Source: an uncultured Aquimarina sp. (GTDB taxonomy: Bacteria > Bacteroidota > Bacteroidia > Flavobacteriales > Flavobacteriaceae). Taken from it: a DNA stretch of 64,000 nucleotides. How positions within the stretch are numbered: the stretch's first letter is position 1; each line of letters opens with the position of its first letter. Of this stretch, positions 59,073-64,000 are shown piece after piece. The stretch covers positions 1,404 through 65,403 of the forward strand of contig CANLRN010000016.1 of NCBI GenBank assembly GCA_947493495.1. The letters run 5' to 3'. The notes below the pieces were generated by a model that did not search any database, was not told the DNA's origin, and saw nothing but the letters and a program-made list of their open reading frames with translations. The translations under genes and the position numbers were made by a program.

Positions 59073-59240
59073 ATTATACGATTTGTGATTAAAAAATTCG
59101 TATAAATTCATTGAATTATTTTTTCTTAATGCAAGGCAAAAAAATCAAGCATAGCTATAGCTACGGTTTATTTTTTAAACGAAGTAGAAAGGAAAAAGAA
59201 ACGATGAATATGCGAAATTTTTAGTTATAAATCGTATTAC
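59073..59240. repeat. 168-bp palindromic intergenic element, family II, copy 2
   Basis: Ends ATTATACGATTTG...ATAAATCGTATTAC; central ATAGCTATAGCTACGG at 59151-59166; opposite orientation to 38227-38395. Confidence 0.75.
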
Positions 59241-59642
59241 TGCAGATTTGACCTTTAATGTTTAATGCGCTACTGAATCAGAAGACTATTTATATATATT
59301 GGTATATCCCTTGGAACAATATATTACTTGGATAAATTGCATGTGAAGGTGGCTAAGCTTGAAAACAAACTTGATCAAATCAAAAAACGGCTAGTGGAAT
59401 CAGGCTTTAGCGAAGAGCCCATTTGCACCTTGAAATGGAATGTAAATATTAATAATAAATATGGCTAGTAGATGCGATAGCCGCCATTCTTTAACTGTCA
59501 TTACATAATACCCCTTATCATTTAAAGCGGCAATATATTTAAGTTGTCGAGTTTTCCTTATTTTAACATTGCATTAATATTGCAAATACATATTTTAAGT
59601 TATACCTTTATTGTAATCAAAAACTCTTAAAACCTTTTTAAA

Positions 59643-61181
59643 ATGAAAAAAACCACATTTATTATCGCAATTTTTGCCTGCTCTATTATCTACGGACAGG
59701 TAGTTACTACAAACGGAGGAGCTCCCGTTGGAGACAACCAAAACTCCAAATCAGTAGGTAGGTCCGGGGAGGTACTTTTAGAAGATATACATCTTATTGA
59801 AAAGCTTGCTGCTTTTGACCGGGAACGTGTACCAGAACGAGTAGTGCATGCCAGGGGAACTGGAGCATTTGGACATTTTGTAAGTACAGCAGATATGTCG
59901 AGGTTTACAAAAGCTTCACTATTTCAAGGTAATGGTAAGAAAACAGATTTAGCAGTACGTTTTTCTACCGTTATTCATGGAAAAGGATCACCTGAAACAT
60001 TAAGAGATCCAAGAGGCTTTGCTGTTAAGTTTTATACGGATGAAGGAAATTATGATATCGTAGGAAATAATTTGCCGATATTTTTTATTAGAGATGCTAT
60101 TAAGTTTCCAGATATGGTACATTCTTTAAAGCCATCTCCTGTAACCAACAAACAGGATCCGAATAGATTTTTTGACTTTTTTAGTAATGTGCCGGAAGCA
60201 ACACATATGATTACTCGTTTGTATACTGATTTAGGAATTCCTAAAGGATATCAGTTTATGAATGGAAGCAGTATACATGGTTTTAAATGGGTCAATAACA
60301 GAGGTGAAGTTACGTATGTAAAGTATACATGGGTAAGTAAGCAAGGTGAAATAAACCTTGATATTGATCAAGCAGCCGAACAACAATCAAAGGATTGGCA
60401 ACATGCTACGGTTAGTTTAAGAAACGATATTGCTACTAAAAGATTTCCACAATGGGATTTGTTTGTACAGTTAATTAAACCAAGAGACTTAAACAGTTTT
60501 GATTTTTGGCCTTTAGATGCTACTAAGGATTGGCCTGCTGATCAAATTAGAAAAATTAAAATAGGTACTATGATTTTGAATAGAAATCCTATTAACTTTT
60601 TTGAAGAAATAGAATCAATAGCAATGGCTCCTGGTAACTTGGTTCCTGGTATTGAACCATCTGAAGATAAATTGTTACAAGGCCGTTTGTTCTCATATTT
60701 TGATACACAACGTCATAGATTGGGAGCTAATAATCAACAAATAGCAGTAAACAGACCTAAAAATGCTGTAGTTAATTACAATTCGGATAGTTTTGCGAGT
60801 TCAGATAATTCTAAATTTCCGAATCCAGATGTAAATTACGAACCTAGTAATAAAGTAAATGTTTCAGATAACGCTGCTTTTAAATTTTCCGAAAGAAGGA
60901 TTCCAAATAATACCATTATAACACAAGGAAATATTCTTAAAACAAATAATTTTGGACAAGCAGGTGATTTTTATAGATCATTATCAGAAAAAGACAAAAA
61001 TAGCTTAATCAGAAACTTAACAGGAGACTTGGGGCAAGTAACAGACAGGAGAATTCAGATAAGAATGATTACTTATTTCTATAGAGCAGATAGAAATTAT
61101 GGAATAAGAGTAGCCGAAGCATTAGGTTTTTCTCGAAGAGAATTTGCGCAAAACTCAAACCAGAACCAAAGTAAATACTAA
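59643..61181 (+). CDS. Monofunctional heme catalase with N-terminal signal peptide
   Basis: FDRERVPERVVHARG (distal His), RDPRGFAVKFYT, GNN and RLFSYFDTQRHRLG (proximal Tyr); hydrophobic leader MKKTTFIIAIFACSIIYGQ. Confidence 0.95.
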   Translation: MKKTTFIIAIFACSIIYGQVVTTNGGAPVGDNQNSKSVGRSGEVLLEDIHLIEKLAAFDRERVPERVVHARGTGAFGHFVSTADMSRFTKASLFQGNGKKTDLAVRFSTVIHGKGSPETLRDPRGFAVKFYTDEGNYDIVGNNLPIFFIRDAIKFPDMVHSLKPSPVTNKQDPNRFFDFFSNVPEATHMITRLYTDLGIPKGYQFMNGSSIHGFKWVNNRGEVTYVKYTWVSKQGEINLDIDQAAEQQSKDWQHATVSLRNDIATKRFPQWDLFVQLIKPRDLNSFDFWPLDATKDWPADQIRKIKIGTMILNRNPINFFEEIESIAMAPGNLVPGIEPSEDKLLQGRLFSYFDTQRHRLGANNQQIAVNRPKNAVVNYNSDSFASSDNSKFPNPDVNYEPSNKVNVSDNAAFKFSERRIPNNTIITQGNILKTNNFGQAGDFYRSLSEKDKNSLIRNLTGDLGQVTDRRIQIRMITYFYRADRNYGIRVAEALGFSRREFAQNSNQNQSKY

Positions 61182-61278
61182 TAACTAGAAACTTTATTTC
61201 TTTATACGTAACACTCAAAATTAATGTAATTATTAGTTTTGAGTGCTGTGCGTATATAATTATATAATATTTAATAAG

Positions 61279-61815
61279 ATGAAAAAAAACATATTTTTAC
61301 TCTATATACTATTATTATCCACTACTATTATCTACTGTCAAGAGCCTATATTTGATTATAGTAGAGAAGGAAATACAGCTGCAATAGAAGCATTGTATAA
61401 AGAAAATTCAAAAATAATAAACAAAGTAAATAGTAAAGGTTTTAGTCCTTTAATACTAGCAGTTTATAATCATAATAAAGAGACGGTGCGTTTTTTGTTA
61501 GAACATAAAGCGAATACAGAAATACAAGATGATTCTGGAAATACTGCACTAATGGGAGCTTGTTTCAAGGGTTACTTGGATATGGCCAAATTATTAATAG
61601 CCCATAAAACAGAAGTAAACAGAAAGAATTATAACAATGCAACGGCATTAATTTATGCTGCTACTTTTGGTCATATCGATATTGTAAAAGAATTGCTCCA
61701 AAATGGAGCAGATATTAGTTTAAAAGACAATAGAGGTAACACTGCATTTGACCATGCAAAAATGCAAGGTAACCAGGAGATCATGGCAGTGTTAAATAAG
61801 ACATTGTCTAAATAA
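61279..61815 (+). CDS. Ankyrin-repeat protein with signal peptide (AnkB-like catalase partner)
   Basis: GFSPLILAVY, GNTALMGACFKG, NATALIYAATFG and GNTAFDHA repeats. Likely start ATG 61279. Confidence 0.88.
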   Translation: MKKNIFLLYILLLSTTIIYCQEPIFDYSREGNTAAIEALYKENSKIINKVNSKGFSPLILAVYNHNKETVRFLLEHKANTEIQDDSGNTALMGACFKGYLDMAKLLIAHKTEVNRKNYNNATALIYAATFGHIDIVKELLQNGADISLKDNRGNTAFDHAKMQGNQEIMAVLNKTLSK

Positions 61816-61940
61816 CATCTGAAAATAAAAATGTAAACTCAATAATAGCCCAAACCCAGTTTATATATGGGGTTTCACTCTTTAGAAACTAGCTTATTCG
61901 CAATCAAGTTGTATGAGTTTTCGACAGGAAAAAAGTTAAT

Positions 61941-62060
61941 CCCCCCGATTCCTAAGCGAGAAGTAAGTATTGTAATTAATAAAAACTTTGCTAAAGAAAA
62001 ACACCAAAAATCCTTAAGAAAATAGATAATTATATAAGCGAGATAGAAAGAATCGGGGGG
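61941..62060. other. GC-rich 11-bp inverted repeat bracketing ~100 nt, upstream of the RHS gene
   Basis: CCCCCCGATTC (61941-61951) and GAATCGGGGGG (62050-62060); internal direct repeat TAAGCGAGA at 61953 and 62035. Confidence 0.5.
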
Positions 62061-62077
62061 TAAATTTAGTTTTAATT

Positions 62078-64000
62078 ATGATAGAAAATAAACAATTCTT
62101 GCTGAATAGTATTATCTTTTGTATTGTACTTCAGTTAACTAGTGATCCAATGTATTCATTTTCTTTTAAGAATGTAAATAAAGGATATAAAGGTACCAGT
62201 AAAGACATTATCAATACGGAAACTGATTATTTTAAAGATGTAAATTGTACAGTAAAAGATCAGTTAAATACAGAAAATGAAGTGCGTTATTTTTATGTCA
62301 CATTTCAAGATATATCAGGTATTCCAAAATTAAATTATGGAGGTTATTATTCAAAAAATGAATTACATGAAAGTATAATTAAAAATGAGAATTGGACACC
62401 AACTCAAACTGATTTAAGAGATCATACCACAATAGAGTTTAAAAACAAGCAAGGACAAGTTGTATTAAAACGGAATTATAATTCTACACAGGTTTTAGAA
62501 AGTGAATACGATACGTATTATGTATATGATGATTATGGCAATTTAGCATATGTACTCTCACCTGAAGGGTCGTCAAAAATTTTAAATACAAATGATCAAA
62601 TAGTTGTATCTGTACTAGATGAATTGTGTTATCAATATAGGTATGATTCTAGAAATAGATTAATAGAAAAGAAAATTCCAGGCAAGGGTAAAGAATATAT
62701 TGTTTATGATAAATTAGACCGTCCAGTATTAACTCAAGATGCCAATCAAAGAGAAAAAACTCCAAAAGAGTGGTTATTCACAAAGTACGATATTAATAGT
62801 AGAGTAGTCTATACAGGTTTATATATGGATAATGCAGAGAGAGCAGAATTACAAGCTAATGTCATTGCACATTCTAATAGTAATTCGGATTTACTGTATG
62901 AAGTAAGAAAAAAAACAAAAAGTCCCGTTGTACCTCTAGATACAATTACAGATTTATATTACACATCTAGAGCTTTTCCAACTATAGTATCAAAAGTATA
63001 TACTACTAATTATTACGATGATTATAAGTGGGATACAGCTAATAAATTAAAAGTTTCTTATGATTTTGAAGCTATTGAGGGATTGTCGCAAAACGGTAAA
63101 AATATTACAAAAATAAATGAATATGAAGGGGATGTAAATTTTGTATCTACAGGTACAATAGAACATGATGGCTATATACAATTTACTGTGACAGAACCAT
63201 ACAAAAGTGTTGTAGTAGGTTTAACTGCTTTGAGTAAAAAAAATCAACATCATAATTCAATTGACTATGCCATTCATTTAAATTCTGAAGGACACGTTTT
63301 AGTTTACAAATTTGGCATATCACAATCAATACTAACAGTTGATTACAAAGTTGGAGATGTCTTTAAAGTAGAACGGTCAGGGAACTATATTTTATATAAA
63401 AAGAATGATGATGTATTTCACCGTAGCTTGATTGATACTAGTGAACCTTTATATGGAGGTAGTTCTTTTTTTGATATAAATAAAATAGTAAACAATGTAC
63501 GTATAGGGTATTCACATTCAGGACAATCATTTACAAATGATACAAAGTTTTTAAAAACTGGAAGTAAATCCCGTGTTTTAGGAACAGCAAAGTGGATCAC
63601 TAATGTTATATATTATGACACTAAAAAAAGGCCTATATATATAACAACAAAAAATGATTATTTAAAAACTAAAAATGAGATAGGTAAAACATTAGATGTA
63701 GAAGGTAATATCTTAAAGGAAGTGAACATACACAAAAGAGGTAACGAAACCCCGGTGGTTACACAAAACTATTATACGTATAATCATGCTAACTATTTAA
63801 TTCGTCAAGAGCAGCAAATCAATAACCAATTGAAAGAGCTTATTTCAAAAAATACGTACGATACTATGGGAAGACTTATTAAAAAAGAGGTAGGAGGGCA
63901 TTTACTAGGTTTGAGTAGTTATACAAACAAAAGTGATAATATTACTATACAAGAAAATCTAATTACAAAAAAATCAAGTGCGGCTAGTGATTGGAATTCA
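62078..64000 (+). CDS. RHS/YD-repeat protein (Bacteroidota DUF6443-associated type), 3' end outside the window
   Basis: Frame checked open for 641 codons from ATG 62078. Motifs TIEFKNKQGQVVLKR, TYYVYDDYGNLAYVLSP, YQYRYDSRNRLIEKKIPG, YDKLDRPVLTQD and NTYDTMGRLIKKEVG. Not in the ORF track because it has no stop in the window. Confidence 0.88.
   Translation, partial: MIENKQFLLNSIIFCIVLQLTSDPMYSFSFKNVNKGYKGTSKDIINTETDYFKDVNCTVKDQLNTENEVRYFYVTFQDISGIPKLNYGGYYSKNELHESIIKNENWTPTQTDLRDHTTIEFKNKQGQVVLKRNYNSTQVLESEYDTYYVYDDYGNLAYVLSPEGSSKILNTNDQIVVSVLDELCYQYRYDSRNRLIEKKIPGKGKEYIVYDKLDRPVLTQDANQREKTPKEWLFTKYDINSRVVYTGLYMDNAERAELQANVIAHSNSNSDLLYEVRKKTKSPVVPLDTITDLYYTSRAFPTIVSKVYTTNYYDDYKWDTANKLKVSYDFEAIEGLSQNGKNITKINEYEGDVNFVSTGTIEHDGYIQFTVTEPYKSVVVGLTALSKKNQHHNSIDYAIHLNSEGHVLVYKFGISQSILTVDYKVGDVFKVERSGNYILYKKNDDVFHRSLIDTSEPLYGGSSFFDINKIVNNVRIGYSHSGQSFTNDTKFLKTGSKSRVLGTAKWITNVIYYDTKKRPIYITTKNDYLKTKNEIGKTLDVEGNILKEVNIHKRGNETPVVTQNYYTYNHANYLIRQEQQINNQLKELISKNTYDTMGRLIKKEVGGHLLGLSSYTNKSDNITIQENLITKKSSAASDWNS

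Noticed and set aside
1-64000. rRNA, tRNA, prophage, intact transposase or known defence systems
   Set aside because: No cloverleaf or rRNA-like GC-rich segments or corresponding protein motifs were recognised. The HerA-like DUF853 ATPase has no adjacent nuclease or SIR2 partner, so it is not called a defence system.

Overview
AT-rich Flavobacteriaceae (Bacteroidota) chromosomal segment; the gene style resembles Aquimarina, which is an inference. It holds about 50 CDS and no recognisable rRNA, tRNA, CRISPR array, prophage or intact transposase. Housekeeping genes (ftsE-like, typA, kdsA, secDF, rluF, queE, asnB) are interleaved with a surface-polysaccharide block (MBOAT/SGNH acylation pair, glycosyltransferases, FdtA/FdtB-type sugar genes, Wzx), T9SS cargo genes (two paralogous PQQ sugar-dehydrogenase/beta-propeller fusions, a CAP protein, an orphan CTD remnant), a wHTH-DUF1361-CreD membrane operon, a signal-peptide catalase plus ankyrin pair, and the start of an RHS/YD-repeat gene at the right edge. 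Signals absent from the ORF track are: (1) two paralogous 28/32-aa microprotein genes exactly 600 bp apart, sharing FYTxFxL...LPAASS; (2) two related families of ~170-bp palindromic intergenic elements (six copies, one of them mosaic, plus a detached arm) sharing a central TAGC..GCTA(C/T)GG hairpin; (3) a 184-bp element with perfect 19-bp terminal inverted repeats; (4) a duplicated 22-bp palindromic operator candidate; (5) a promoter-to-terminator ~110-nt sRNA candidate with C-rich motifs; and (6) an SRPBCC-like gene broken by an in-frame TAG. All product calls come from motif recognition, not database searches.
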